A DNA stretch of 64,000 nucleotides from Nitrosopumilaceae archaeon (lineage in GTDB: Archaea; Thermoproteota; Nitrososphaeria; Nitrososphaerales; Nitrosopumilaceae): NCBI GenBank assembly GCA_965209085.1, contig OZ242376.1:416001-480000 (forward strand). The letters run 5' to 3'. Under the pieces are notes generated by a model. That model was not told where the DNA came from. It did no database searches and saw nothing but the letters and a program-made list of their open reading frames with translations. The position numbers and the translations under genes were made by a program. Every line of letters begins with the position of its first letter. The stretch's first letter is position 1. Positions 8,965 through 19,442 of the stretch are shown here, piece after piece.

Positions 8965-10059
8965 ATGCTAAAACAGCTGATTGGTACGTCGCCTACATTG
9001 GAAAAAGTGTTTGCCGGGGAAAAACTTTCACTCAAGGACGGTCTGAGCTTGTTTGAAGAAAATGAGCACATTCTTGGCGCCACAGCCGATATTATCCGCA
9101 AACGTAGCGTAGGAGACAAGGTTACATTTGTAGCCTCATATTACATGAATTACACCAACGTATGTGCGGCAAGCTGCCAAATGTGCGCATTTTATCGTAA
9201 AGGTTCCGAAGATGATGCATACACGCTCACACCAGAACAGATGGAGATACGCGTGGATCAGGCCGAACGTATGGGTGCCACCGAAGTGCACATTGTGGGA
9301 GGTTTTCATCCAAAACTAGAACTTGATTATTATGAAAGCATGATGCGCGTAATTAAAAAATCTCATCCATCTATGAACATAAAGGCGTTTACAGCGGCGG
9401 AAATATTTTATCTCTCAAAACTTACAAAAAACTCCGTCAAGGAAATACTCTCAAGACTAAAAGATGCAGGACTAGACTCATTGCCAGGAGGTGGTGCGGA
9501 AATATTTGATGATGACGTACGAAAAAACATAATTCGTGGCAAGTGCACCGGACAGGAATGGCTTGACACGGTGGAAATTGCACACAATTTGGGAATACGG
9601 TCAAACGCCACAATGCTTTACGGACACGTGGAAAAACCCAAACACGTGGTGGATCATTTGTTGCAAATACGCAAACTGCAGGAAAAAACAAAAGGATTTA
9701 TCACATTCATACCTCTAAAATTCAGTCTGGATAATACGGAACTTGAAAAAAAGGGCAACGTGGTTGAAGAATGCTCGTCAATATACGATCTTAAAGTCAT
9801 GGCATTGTCACGCATCTTTCTTGCCGGAGCTTTGGACAACATTTCAGTATACTGGGTGGCATATGGAAAAAAACTTGCACAGGTGGCGTTGTGTAATGGC
9901 GGAAATGATCTTGTAGGGACTGCGTTTTCCGAGGAGATATACAAGGCCGCCGGAAAACCCACCTCTTCATCAATCGAAGATTTGGCACGCATTGCATCTG
10001 AAATAGGACGCATTCCCGAACAGCGCAATACGTTCTTTGAAACAATCCGAAAATTCTAA
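8965..10059 (+). CDS. mqnE: CofH/MqnE-family radical SAM protein, likely aminofutalosine synthase
   Basis: NYTNVCAASCQMCAF (CxxxCxxC), GGFHP, PGGGAEI, NATMLYGH; mqnD lies two genes away. Confidence 0.75.
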   Translation: MLKQLIGTSPTLEKVFAGEKLSLKDGLSLFEENEHILGATADIIRKRSVGDKVTFVASYYMNYTNVCAASCQMCAFYRKGSEDDAYTLTPEQMEIRVDQAERMGATEVHIVGGFHPKLELDYYESMMRVIKKSHPSMNIKAFTAAEIFYLSKLTKNSVKEILSRLKDAGLDSLPGGGAEIFDDDVRKNIIRGKCTGQEWLDTVEIAHNLGIRSNATMLYGHVEKPKHVVDHLLQIRKLQEKTKGFITFIPLKFSLDNTELEKKGNVVEECSSIYDLKVMALSRIFLAGALDNISVYWVAYGKKLAQVALCNGGNDLVGTAFSEEIYKAAGKPTSSSIEDLARIASEIGRIPEQRNTFFETIRKF

Positions 10060-10069
10060 TCTGCAGATA

Positions 10070-10354
10070 TTATAATTTTTTCATATTGCCGTCATCATTT
10101 TTCTTGCCGCCCCGTTTTGGCATTTTGGTTCCAAAACTAAGCAGTACGAGCAGCAAACCGATTCCGAGCAAAATTGCAACCAATTTTCCAACATCTCCGT
10201 ATATCGTTTGCTCAAAGAGCAAATCTTCTATCTCTTCATCGGTCATACCGTGTATGCCAACGGGTGTGACAGAATCCAAATGCATGGATAATGCTATGCC
10301 TATGGCAATCATAATTGTACCACCTATGGCAAACTTTGCATCAATCCGCACCAT
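10070..10354 (-). CDS. Small two-TM membrane protein
   Basis: Two hydrophobic helices and a basic tail; follows mqnD on the same strand. Confidence 0.65.
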   Translation of the reverse strand: MVRIDAKFAIGGTIMIAIGIALSMHLDSVTPVGIHGMTDEEIEDLLFEQTIYGDVGKLVAILLGIGLLLVLLSFGTKMPKRGGKKNDDGNMKKL

Positions 10355-10383
10355 AATATGCTGTTTGTATAGCTGAATTTATC

Positions 10384-11205
10384 TTATACATCCGCAATCT
10401 TTGGAGTGTATTCTGGAACTATACCTTTTGCCATATCAAAGAATTTTTTTATGGATTCTTCGCCTTTTGCACCCATGTTTACCGTTACGGGATTGACGTA
10501 CATTTTTACAAATTTGGATATAAGATCCCTTGGTTTGCCACGGGAGTATTGCATGGCGTATTCTAAGGCGTCTTCCTCGTGATCCAGGGCGTATTGTATG
10601 GATTCCTGCAAGTATGAATCAAAACTGCGTATGGTGTCAGCACCAATGCTCTCGCGGATGACGTTTATTCCAAGTGGTACTGGAAGACCCCCGGTCGTCT
10701 TGTCCCACCATGAACCCACATCTGCAATTTTTTTAATTCCTTCGCTGCCGTAAGAGAGCTGTGTCTCATGTATGACAAGCCCTGCATCGACGCTGCCTGC
10801 CGAAACGGCAGCTGGTATGTCATTAAAATTCATCTCACTGTACTCAAATTCACCTATCATGAGGCGCAAAAGCAGATATGCCGAGGTCATCTTTCCCGGT
10901 ATTGCAATTTTAAGATCCTTGAGCGAGTTTGGATCGATGTCCTTGGTTGCCGTTATAATTGGCCCGTATCCTATGCCAAAACTACCTCCACTGCGGAGCA
11001 TTACATAATCTGGCATGTATGCACATGCATGGATGGATACGGCTGTCACATCAAGCTCGTTGTTTAGGGCACGTTTGTTCAATTCTTCAATATCGTCTAT
11101 TACATGTTCTATCTGAAAACCTGGTGACGGGATTTTACCTTCGAGCATTCCATAAAACATAAAGGCATCATCAGAATCCGGCGTGTGACCTACCGTTACC
11201 TTCAT
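10384..11205 (-). CDS. mqnD: 1,4-dihydroxy-6-naphthoate synthase (MqnA/MqnD family)
   Basis: GHTPDSDDAFMFY, DIEELN, GYGP, PGKMTSAYLL, LVIHE, LPVPLG, MYVN. Confidence 0.88.
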   Translation of the reverse strand: MKVTVGHTPDSDDAFMFYGMLEGKIPSPGFQIEHVIDDIEELNKRALNNELDVTAVSIHACAYMPDYVMLRSGGSFGIGYGPIITATKDIDPNSLKDLKIAIPGKMTSAYLLLRLMIGEFEYSEMNFNDIPAAVSAGSVDAGLVIHETQLSYGSEGIKKIADVGSWWDKTTGGLPVPLGINVIRESIGADTIRSFDSYLQESIQYALDHEEDALEYAMQYSRGKPRDLISKFVKMYVNPVTVNMGAKGEESIKKFFDMAKGIVPEYTPKIADV

Positions 11206-11404
11206 GTACAGTTTTTATCGCGTGGGTATAAAAACTAGGGATATTATGGTGTAAAATTTTTCCAAACGCGTTTTATATTGATTGCATTGCAAACCATATG
11301 CCGGAAAGTATGATGTCGGCATCTTGCGATATCTTGTACACATTTTTATTTATTGTGTAAATTCTGGGCATGATGTAACATCATATCGCGGAAATCCGAC
11401 AAGG

Positions 11405-11411
11405 TTTAATA
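11405..11411 (+). promoter_or_regulatory. TATA box of EF-2 gene (leaderless)
   Basis: TTTAATA starts 30 nt upstream of GTG 11435. Confidence 0.55.
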
Positions 11412-11434
11412 CCCAACAAAGAGGGCTTGCTAAT

Positions 11435-13627
11435 GTGGCAAAATACAAGTCAACTGATCAGGTATTAAAGATCATCAAAAACCAGAATCAAATCCGCAAT
11501 TTTGGGGTAATTGCGCACGTTGATCACGGGAAAACAACCATGAGTGACAGCCTTTTGGCATATTCTGGAATTATAGCACCTTCTGCGGCAGGAACCGCCT
11601 TAGCTTTGGATGCCATGAAAGCCGAACAGGAACGGGGCATTACCATAGTGCAGGCAAACGTTACTCTGCATTTTACCAAAGATGATCAAGAATATGTCAT
11701 AAACATGATAGATACGCCCGGACACGTTGATTTTTCCGGAAGGGTAATTCGAAGCCTTCGTGCAATAGACGGAGCAGTTGTCGTGTGCGATGCGGTGGAA
11801 GGAATAATGACGCAAACTGAGACTGTGACCCGGATGGCGTTGGAAGAGAGGGTAAAGCCAGTTTTTTTCATAAATAAAATAGATCGACTCATAAAAGAAC
11901 TCCGCCTCACGCCTGAGAAAATGCAGGAGAAACTTGCCACGGTTGTGGCAAATTTTAACGAATTGATAGACGCCTACGGTGAGCCCGGATACAAGGATGA
12001 GTGGAAAGTTGCAATAAAAAACGGCAGCGTCACGTTTGGTTCTGCAAAAGACAGGTGGGCGATAAACATGGATATGATGAAGGAAAAAGGAATCTCATTC
12101 AAGGATGTAATTGACGCATACAAAAACGAAAAAGTGGCAGAGCTTGCGGAAAAAGCTCCGCTTGCAGAGGCCATATTGGGAATGGTTGTAAAACACCACC
12201 CTCCACCGCACGTGGCACAAAAATATAGAATCCCAAAAATTTGGAAAGGCGATCTTGAATCTGACATTGGCAAGTCTATACTAAACTGCGATGAAAACGG
12301 CCCGGCCGTAATGATGATAGTAAACATGGCACTGGATCCGGCTGCTGGTCCTGTGGCAATTGGGCGGCTCTTTTCGGGCACACTAAAAGACGGGGATACT
12401 ATAAACATCATTGACGCAAAACGTGAGGGACGAATCCAATCTGTCAACTTTTTCATGGGCAACCAGCGAGAACAGGTTGGAGAGCTTGGAGCAGGAAACA
12501 TACCCGCACTGCTTGGTCTGACTGAAGCTCGTGCGGGAAACACAATCTCATCGATAAAAGATATACAGATGTTTGAAGGCATAAAGTACGTCTCCGAACC
12601 GGTGGTCCAGATTGCCATAGAGCCAAAACACCCAAAAGATCTGCCAAAACTTGTGGATATTTTAAAGAAACTTACAATAGAAGACCCAAATCTTGTGGTA
12701 AAAATTGATCAGGAAAGCGGGGAGACGATTATAGCCGGCATGGGTGTGCTTCACCTTGACATTGCAACAAACCTCATACGCGACCAGAAAGTTGAAATTG
12801 TAACATCCGAGCCCCTCATAAATTACAGAGAAACAATTAGGGGATCGTGCGAACCAATAATGTCAAAATCACCAAACCGCCACAACAAGATATTCATGAA
12901 AGTGGAGCCACTGGAACCGGCAATCGCAGACATGATAAGAACAGGCGAAATTAGCGACATGAAGGACAAAAAAGAAGTTGTAACATTGTTAAAGAAACAC
13001 GGATGGGATACAGATACGTGCAAGCGCGTCATGCGGTTTGATTCGCGCGGAAACGTAATGATAAACGCCACAAAAGGTGTGCAGTTTGTCCAAGAATCCA
13101 CAGACTCGATTCTTTCTGGATTTGACGATGTAACAAAGGAGGGTCCACTGGCAAAAGAGCAGTTGCGCGGCTGTAAATTCCTCTTTACCCATTTTACTCC
13201 GCACGAGGATCCGGCACACCGCGGACTCTCGCAGCTTGGTCCTGCATCTAGAAGGGCATGCATGGGTGCTACACTCATGGCGCAGCCGGCACTCTTGGAA
13301 CCAATACTCGGTATAGAGGTTCGGGTTCCGCCGGACATGGTGGGCAACGTTGCACAGGTTCTCTCCGGCAAACGCGGCAAAGTATTAGACATGGCACAAA
13401 AAGGAATAATCAGCATTGTAACTGGCGAAATACCTGCATCTGAGACATTTTCACTCTCTGATGACATGCGTGGTCAGACAGCTGGCAAGGCAATGTGGAA
13501 CACATTCTTCAAATTGTGGGCAGAGATACCAAAATCAATCATGGCTACGGCCGTGCAGGATATTAGAAAACGCAAAGGACTTGCACCCGATCCGCCAAAA
13601 GCTGAAGATTTCATAGATCGAGAATAA
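11435..13627 (+). CDS. fusA: Translation elongation factor 2 (aEF-2)
   Basis: AHVDHGKTT, RGITI, DTPGH, NKID GTPase motifs and HEDPAHRG diphthamide loop. GTG at 11435 preferred to 11282. Confidence 0.97.
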   Translation: MAKYKSTDQVLKIIKNQNQIRNFGVIAHVDHGKTTMSDSLLAYSGIIAPSAAGTALALDAMKAEQERGITIVQANVTLHFTKDDQEYVINMIDTPGHVDFSGRVIRSLRAIDGAVVVCDAVEGIMTQTETVTRMALEERVKPVFFINKIDRLIKELRLTPEKMQEKLATVVANFNELIDAYGEPGYKDEWKVAIKNGSVTFGSAKDRWAINMDMMKEKGISFKDVIDAYKNEKVAELAEKAPLAEAILGMVVKHHPPPHVAQKYRIPKIWKGDLESDIGKSILNCDENGPAVMMIVNMALDPAAGPVAIGRLFSGTLKDGDTINIIDAKREGRIQSVNFFMGNQREQVGELGAGNIPALLGLTEARAGNTISSIKDIQMFEGIKYVSEPVVQIAIEPKHPKDLPKLVDILKKLTIEDPNLVVKIDQESGETIIAGMGVLHLDIATNLIRDQKVEIVTSEPLINYRETIRGSCEPIMSKSPNRHNKIFMKVEPLEPAIADMIRTGEISDMKDKKEVVTLLKKHGWDTDTCKRVMRFDSRGNVMINATKGVQFVQESTDSILSGFDDVTKEGPLAKEQLRGCKFLFTHFTPHEDPAHRGLSQLGPASRRACMGATLMAQPALLEPILGIEVRVPPDMVGNVAQVLSGKRGKVLDMAQKGIISIVTGEIPASETFSLSDDMRGQTAGKAMWNTFFKLWAEIPKSIMATAVQDIRKRKGLAPDPPKAEDFIDRE

Positions 13628-13742
13628 CCCCACGCCCACCGTGGTCTGTTTTGCAAAAATCAAACATGTTTATGCGTAACATAATGCGAATTTTATATGT
13701 ATGATATGCATCAATTATATTTGATGACTGCCAATATCACAC

Positions 13743-14162
13743 ATGTCGAATAGTAAATCCCCGGTGCTAAAACTGGTGGAGGAAATAATAACAGTTGATC
13801 CCGGAGTCCGTTTTGCATCAATCATAGACAAGAACGGCAATGTTGTAGAAGGAATAATGAACAGCGGAAAAACCAATTTAAAATCACAACAAGAGGAGGA
13901 ATATTTCTGTAAAGAAGTTGCAAAGAGGCGCAAAATACACAAAGAATTTGATACCAGCCTCGGCAAGGTGCGTTACATACACGTGGAGCGGGAAAAACTT
14001 ACGCAGATTGTGCTGTATCCTGCGGATTATACGATATACTTTACGCTTGAACCAGAGATAGGGGTGGTTGAACGCGTCCAGATAATAAACAAAGTAAAAA
14101 AATTGATATCTGGAATCATGCCAAAAATGGTGCGTAGCAACAGCGCCGTATACGAAGAATAA
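13743..14162 (+). CDS. DUF6659-like (roadblock/profilin-like) thaumarchaeal protein
   Basis: VRFASIIDKNG...FDTSLGKVRYIHVEREK pattern shared with three other ORFs in the window. Confidence 0.7.
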   Translation: MSNSKSPVLKLVEEIITVDPGVRFASIIDKNGNVVEGIMNSGKTNLKSQQEEEYFCKEVAKRRKIHKEFDTSLGKVRYIHVEREKLTQIVLYPADYTIYFTLEPEIGVVERVQIINKVKKLISGIMPKMVRSNSAVYEE

Positions 14163-14176
14163 CGGGTGCATATGGT

Positions 14177-14449
14177 ATGAAAATACTTGTGGATGAAATG
14201 CATGAAAAATGGGTGGAAATGCTAAAAAGCCAAAACTTTGATGCGTACAGCGCACGGGAACTAAAAGCGACGCACAATATCAGCTCAGACTATTCCATAT
14301 TAAAATACGCACAAGAACATAAAATGTTCTTTATCACAAGCGACAAGGAATCTGGTGCGGGCTGCACGGAACAGGGAATTCCACATCTTTTTTTGGATGA
14401 TGAGATGATATTTGATCTGGTACTCTCAAAGCTTCGGACATTAAACTAA
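14177..14449 (+). CDS. DUF5615 / Mut7-C-like PIN-fold protein
   Basis: MKILVDEM...SDYSILKYAQEHKMFFITSDK. Confidence 0.75.
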   Translation: MKILVDEMHEKWVEMLKSQNFDAYSARELKATHNISSDYSILKYAQEHKMFFITSDKESGAGCTEQGIPHLFLDDEMIFDLVLSKLRTLN

Positions 14450-15240
14450 TCCTGCATACCGCATACGTTTCTTTCAAGTCTGGATGCGATAATGAAAGGC
14501 ATTACGGCCAAAATAGGTATGCTTGCGGCTATGAACAGAGTCTGAAGCTGCACAAGTGCAGCAGTTAAAACAATGCCGCCTGCAATACCTGCAAAAACCG
14601 AAAGTATTGAACCAACGCACGAGGGACATGCGATAAAAAGACCCGCTGCCGCACTCGCACAGGTAATTCCTTTCTTTCTGCTGGAAACGCGCGTGGCACC
14701 TACCACAATTGCCGTGTTTAACGCCACCAAATATGATACAGTTGTCTGCAAAATAATGTTGATGGGTATTATCTGCAGTCCGGTATGCTCTCCGGCGTAC
14801 ACGAGAATCTTTGGCATGTATCCGGCAGCATCACAGCATGGAATTACCTGAATCGAGGGTATCTTTACCCCATAATGGTATGAAAAATCCACCTCTGGCT
14901 GGTATACCAGCGTACCGGAAGTTGCTGAGAAAAAAACCCCGTATGCGATAAAAGTAACAACGAATGCAATTTTTGCCCTGGAATTATTCGTAACAAATGC
15001 TATGGCATACATACGCCCTGATCTTGGACTGCTGGCCAATTTTTGCCGGTGGTACGAGTACAGCCCATACGCAATGCTTGCAAACGAGGCTGCAAACACG
15101 GCATAAAACCCGTATGCTAGGCGCTGTATGTCATCAAAAGCCTCCGGCGTTATCATCTCGGGATTCTGGTATCTTGAATATGTAAGAAATAACACGGCAA
15201 TTGATATGAATCCTGCAAACACGGCAGCCTTTCCAGCCAT
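14446..15240 (-). CDS. Multi-pass membrane protein with CC and CxxC motifs
   Basis: About 6 TM segments; IPCC and ACPSC motifs. Confidence 0.7.
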   Translation of the reverse strand: MAGKAAVFAGFISIAVLFLTYSRYQNPEMITPEAFDDIQRLAYGFYAVFAASFASIAYGLYSYHRQKLASSPRSGRMYAIAFVTNNSRAKIAFVVTFIAYGVFFSATSGTLVYQPEVDFSYHYGVKIPSIQVIPCCDAAGYMPKILVYAGEHTGLQIIPINIILQTTVSYLVALNTAIVVGATRVSSRKKGITCASAAAGLFIACPSCVGSILSVFAGIAGGIVLTAALVQLQTLFIAASIPILAVMPFIIASRLERNVCGMQD

Positions 15241-15271
15241 GCAGCATGCACGGGGCGGCGGGCATTAAACC

Positions 15272-17092
15272 CTATGTGGCAAGTCTTGGATAAAATATGT
15301 AAATAACTGCAATTATCTCAAGCCTTCCAAATATCATCAGAAAACTCATCCCTATCTTTGAGGCCGGATCGACATCTATGGTAATGGCCCCTGTGGAGAG
15401 TCCACCGGTGGTTATGAGGCCTACTGCTTCAAGATATGATTCATCAAAATCCGCCCCCGTTATGGTCTCTAGGTGAACGGCAGTACCGAACGCAATTATG
15501 GGGAAGAGCAGAATGAGAACAAGCGCCGTCATCATTTCTTTTTTTTCATCCTTACTCATATCGTTTCTTGTGGAACGGCGGACAAATAATACGACGTTGC
15601 TCATCTGCATCAGTCTGAATATCTTTATGCCGCCTGCCGTGGAAAAACCGCATCCGCCCACAAACATTAGAATTATCAGCACGGCGTATCCTACTCCGCT
15701 TACTCCGTCAAGATTGCTTATCTGCAGACCTGCGGTGGTTCCGGCCGATATTGCATAAAACATTCCCTCAAAATACCCAAAACCTCCGACCCACATGAAT
15801 AATGCCGCGCCTATTGCCAAAACGGCAAAATAAACCAAAACCTCCTTGCCAATCTTTGTGAGCATGAACCTTTTGCGCAAAAAACCATAGTGGAATGTAA
15901 ACGGAAGGGCGCCAAGTATCATGGCTGCCATCAGCGTTGCGTGCTGTTGCCATATCATATCTGCAAGCATCGTTGATGATGGGACAAATCCTCCTGTCGC
16001 CACAGTGCTCATTACTAGTGAAACATTGTCTATGATGTCTGTTGCACCAAAACCGTACAGTATGGCGACAAATATCATTATGTATATGGAAAATATCACT
16101 ATGATTGTTCCGAAAAGCTCGCGAAGATGCAGCGTTTTACCGGATATAAACCCGCGCATGGTTTGTAGTTTTCCCTCCGGATAAAAGGCTGTAATTACAA
16201 GATAAATGAAACTCATGCCTCCGACCAGCTGCGTAAAACTGCGATAAAACGTGAAACTCTGCGGCAAATCCTCCGGGGAATCGAAAAGCGATATGCCTCC
16301 GGTGGTAAACCCTGCGGCGCTGGAGAAAAATCCGCTTGCAAACGCCTCTATTGGAGTTTCATATTCAAACGTGGACACGTACAGATACGGGACGGTGCCA
16401 AAAAGTGTGAGAATAAACAGGCTGGAAAACACCAGTATGGAAGCCTGCCGCATATTCAGACTGGATTTTTCGCCGTACGAATTTAAAAAAAATCCGGAAA
16501 CTAGCAACATGACCGTAGTCAGGTATATTCCTGTGGCAGTTACAGTGTCGTTTAGGATGGTTGCCACTACGGCCGGAATCAGAATAAGCACGCCTGAAAA
16601 CTGGAGAACAAATCCCAGATTTCCCAAAATGGCTTTTACCGGGGGGCTGATTAATCTTGGAGGCGTGATTGTCGCATTGCGTATTACTTCGGCTATTTTC
16701 TGCTGGCTGATTATTCCCAAAACTTTGCCTTTTTTATCCATCACTGGAAGCTTACGTACGTTGCGGTCCCGCATAATGTGCAAAGCGTTTTGAATCTGCG
16801 TTCCTGGCGTAACTGTAATCAGCGGCGAGCTCATAATATCCTCCAAAGTGGTGGTCTCAGCGTACACATTTTTGTCGCTTACCTTGTTGAGAATGTCCTG
16901 ATCAGTTACAATGCCGATGGGTTTGTCTAACGCATCGGTAACTATAATGTCGTCGCGCTCGTAATGCTGCAAGTGTGTGACCGCCTGCTGTGTGGGGGTA
17001 AATGCGGGAAGTTTTAAAACATCAGGATCCATGTACACGGAGACTGATTTGGTTAGAACATATGATACCGATTTTCGGGATTCACTTGACAT
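15272..17092 (-). CDS. CBS-pair + TrkH-type cation (K+) transporter fusion
   Basis: N-terminal CBS pair (GIVTDQDI, LPVMD..GKVLGIIS); four P-loops FTTGG, ATGG, TTAG, TTGG; GFSTAGGIK; IFGRLE. Confidence 0.88.
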   Translation of the reverse strand: MSSESRKSVSYVLTKSVSVYMDPDVLKLPAFTPTQQAVTHLQHYERDDIIVTDALDKPIGIVTDQDILNKVSDKNVYAETTTLEDIMSSPLITVTPGTQIQNALHIMRDRNVRKLPVMDKKGKVLGIISQQKIAEVIRNATITPPRLISPPVKAILGNLGFVLQFSGVLILIPAVVATILNDTVTATGIYLTTVMLLVSGFFLNSYGEKSSLNMRQASILVFSSLFILTLFGTVPYLYVSTFEYETPIEAFASGFFSSAAGFTTGGISLFDSPEDLPQSFTFYRSFTQLVGGMSFIYLVITAFYPEGKLQTMRGFISGKTLHLRELFGTIIVIFSIYIMIFVAILYGFGATDIIDNVSLVMSTVATGGFVPSSTMLADMIWQQHATLMAAMILGALPFTFHYGFLRKRFMLTKIGKEVLVYFAVLAIGAALFMWVGGFGYFEGMFYAISAGTTAGLQISNLDGVSGVGYAVLIILMFVGGCGFSTAGGIKIFRLMQMSNVVLFVRRSTRNDMSKDEKKEMMTALVLILLFPIIAFGTAVHLETITGADFDESYLEAVGLITTGGLSTGAITIDVDPASKIGMSFLMIFGRLEIIAVIYIFYPRLAT

Positions 17093-17181
17093 ACAAACGC
17101 TGGTCTTTATCTTGTATTTTAACAAGCGAGGCGATCACATGTCATGTTTATATCCAAAGAATGTTCCGTAACCGTATGCGC

Positions 17182-17598
17182 ATGGATGAGCGAGAAAATC
17201 CAGATTATGAAACGGCCAAACTTGGCCATGTGGGATTCGTGGATCCGTATGCTCTTGAAGGTATTTTGATTTTAACATCCGATGACGGCAGGGAGTTTAT
17301 AATGCGCTCGTTTTCTGGCGAAGTTGCCAAACACATAAAATCTTTTTCAAACGGCGGGGAGAGATCGTCCACAATATATGCAATGTTTGAGGACATGTGC
17401 GAACAAAACGGCGACATACTTGTAAAAGTCAAGATATACGAGAGCGGCGAGGCTCTGCGGGCAAACCTGTACCTTACGGGAAAAAAAGACACCGTGTTGC
17501 GAAATTACAGGGCATCGGATGCTGTGGCACTGGCCGTCTTTTACGGAATACCCATACTGGTTAAAAACACGCTTTTAAAGGAAAAACTTGAAGCCTAG
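17182..17598 (+). CDS. Bifunctional nuclease (DUF151) family protein
   Basis: RSSTIYAMF...RASDAVALAVFYGIPI motif. Confidence 0.8.
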   Translation: MDERENPDYETAKLGHVGFVDPYALEGILILTSDDGREFIMRSFSGEVAKHIKSFSNGGERSSTIYAMFEDMCEQNGDILVKVKIYESGEALRANLYLTGKKDTVLRNYRASDAVALAVFYGIPILVKNTLLKEKLEA

Positions 17599-18689
17599 GT
17601 TGTAATTTTTCCAAGACTGCCTTCGTTGATTGCCTGCCTAATCTCCATAGCTATGCGCCTGCCGATTCCAAACGTCTGACCGTACTGGTATTTTGTATAC
17701 GGACTGGTCGTGGCCACTATGGGGTTACCTGGAACCCGCAGGGATACATCATACACCACTAGTTCCAAATCGCGCGTTATGACGCTTTGAAGTGAAAAAG
17801 GACCTATTATTCCGGGAGGATATTCTTTTTTCACGGCCCTGACAAATTTCTCACCCATGGCAAGCACTTTTTCCAACAACGACTCGCGTATGCTTGCGGG
17901 TGTGTGTCCCACCTCTATGTTTTGCAATTCAATAGAGCCCATCTGCATTTGTTGTGCTGCGGGAAGCGCGTTAAAATCGTGCACGTTTGTCTGCAGGCGC
18001 CTCTCTATGCCGATAAAATCTACACCGTCCGATATGGGGGTGTGAAAATAATTAAAATTCATGTACGTTCCTATTGCAAGCTCCTCAATGCTAGCTTTTT
18101 GCAGTCCTGCGCGCGAAATCATGCCATCTTTTATCTTTTTTTCGGATTTTTCCACATAGTCTTTGGGGGACATTACGGTAAAAAACGCCCTCTCCATCTT
18201 GCGGTTTTTCTCCTGCACTTTTACAATTGCAGGTGCGTTTATCTCGCCGGGTTTTGAAAAAATTCTGGGGTACCGTATGCCTGCTTTTTTTAAAAGATAA
18301 TACTGGTTTCTCTTCTCGTCGCGCTCTTCAGCTCGAAAGAGCATTCTGTTGCCAAAAATTGGAACCTTGAATTTTTCTTCGATTGTTTTGTATCCAAGAT
18401 ACGCGGTAAGGGATCTGTGCGGAACCACTATGGTGTCAGTTGACACCATTTTTTTCTGCGCCTTTGCACCTGCCATGTCTGAAAATTTATCCATCACGAT
18501 TATTTCGTCCGCTATTCTTGAGAATTTTTTATACGGCGCCTCCCGTCCTTTTTGACAAAATACCACGGTTTGAAAATTCTCGTCTTTTGCCCCGTCCATT
18601 ATTTCTAGGGCAGAATGGCTGCCAAGAACGCCTATGCGCGGATTTTTGTAACCTGATAGAATCTGTGCAATATCCTTTTTTGCGACCAT
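17595..18689 (-). CDS. purP: Formate-dependent FAICAR synthase PurP (ATP-grasp)
   Basis: LGSHSALEIMDGAKDE, VPHRS, FGNR, GHTPASIRESLL, GIIGPFSLQ, GRRIAMEI. Confidence 0.9.
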   Translation of the reverse strand: MVAKKDIAQILSGYKNPRIGVLGSHSALEIMDGAKDENFQTVVFCQKGREAPYKKFSRIADEIIVMDKFSDMAGAKAQKKMVSTDTIVVPHRSLTAYLGYKTIEEKFKVPIFGNRMLFRAEERDEKRNQYYLLKKAGIRYPRIFSKPGEINAPAIVKVQEKNRKMERAFFTVMSPKDYVEKSEKKIKDGMISRAGLQKASIEELAIGTYMNFNYFHTPISDGVDFIGIERRLQTNVHDFNALPAAQQMQMGSIELQNIEVGHTPASIRESLLEKVLAMGEKFVRAVKKEYPPGIIGPFSLQSVITRDLELVVYDVSLRVPGNPIVATTSPYTKYQYGQTFGIGRRIAMEIRQAINEGSLGKITT

Positions 18690-18750
18690 GCCAAAACAGG
18701 GGTAAAATCATAATATAACTATAGGTGAGCAAACCCGGCATTCTATTCGC

Positions 18751-18879
18751 TTATTCTTGCTCTTTGAGAAGATCTTCTAGTGCTTGGCCCGCATCCGTCA
18801 TGCCGTGCTCCATTGCATGTTTTGATATTGCGCGGTATTGGGCATCGGTGCAACAGACCGGTATTGTACGTTTTTCCAT
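18751..18879 (-). CDS. Putative ribbon-helix-helix-like microprotein, 42 aa
   Basis: Manual translation MEKRTIPVCCTDAQYRAISKHAMEHGMTDAGQALEDLLKEQE*; fills the gap upstream of purP on the same strand. Confidence 0.55.
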   Translation of the reverse strand: MEKRTIPVCCTDAQYRAISKHAMEHGMTDAGQALEDLLKEQE

Positions 18880-18926
18880 GATTAGCCGTGATAATATTAT
18901 TTAATATCCTTTTCTATGGACAGTAC

Positions 18927-19442
18927 ATGAACGGACGCGTACAGATACTCGTTATAGGGCACAACGAGTCCGGCTGTACGGCAGATCATGAAAAAATTGC
19001 ATACGATACGGGCGCACAAATTGCACAATCCGGAGCTGTTTTGATTACTGGAGGTCTTGGAGGCGTAATGCGGTTCTCGTCCAAGGGTGCAAAAGAGGCA
19101 GGCGGAATAACCGTGGGGGTGCTGCCACAAAATAAGCGCGGTGAGGAAAATGAATTTTGCAGCGTGGTACTTCCAACCGGAATGGGATATGCCAGGGATT
19201 TTCTCAACGCCTTGTCAGCTGATGCGGTGATAATCATAGGGGGAGGAGCTGGCACGCTATCTGAAATGTGTGCCGCGTACATGTACGAGCGTCCAATGGT
19301 TGCAATACGTGGTACTGGCGGAATGGCAGACGAGTATGATGGAAAATACATGGATTACCGGAAAAAATTCCCGGTGCGTGGAGCTGATACGCCCGCTGAA
19401 GCTGTGAAAACCGCGCTCGCCTTATGCGGACATGGATCGTAG
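18927..19442 (+). CDS. TIGR00725 / LOG-SLOG family Rossmann-fold protein
   Basis: ITGGLGGVM, GITVGVLP, TGMGYAR, GGGAGTLSE. Confidence 0.88.
   Translation: MNGRVQILVIGHNESGCTADHEKIAYDTGAQIAQSGAVLITGGLGGVMRFSSKGAKEAGGITVGVLPQNKRGEENEFCSVVLPTGMGYARDFLNALSADAVIIIGGGAGTLSEMCAAYMYERPMVAIRGTGGMADEYDGKYMDYRKKFPVRGADTPAEAVKTALALCGHGS

Noticed and set aside
11282-11434. N-terminal extension of EF-2 (likewise the extensions at 31216, 33293, 35307, 43968 and 17002)
   Set aside because: Artefacts of upstream alternative starts; homology begins at downstream codons, several with a TATA 28-30 nt upstream.
13743-14449. Toxin-antitoxin pair (DUF6659-like + PIN-like)
   Set aside because: The upstream gene lacks antitoxin DNA-binding features and belongs to a dispersed paralogue family; adjacency alone is insufficient.
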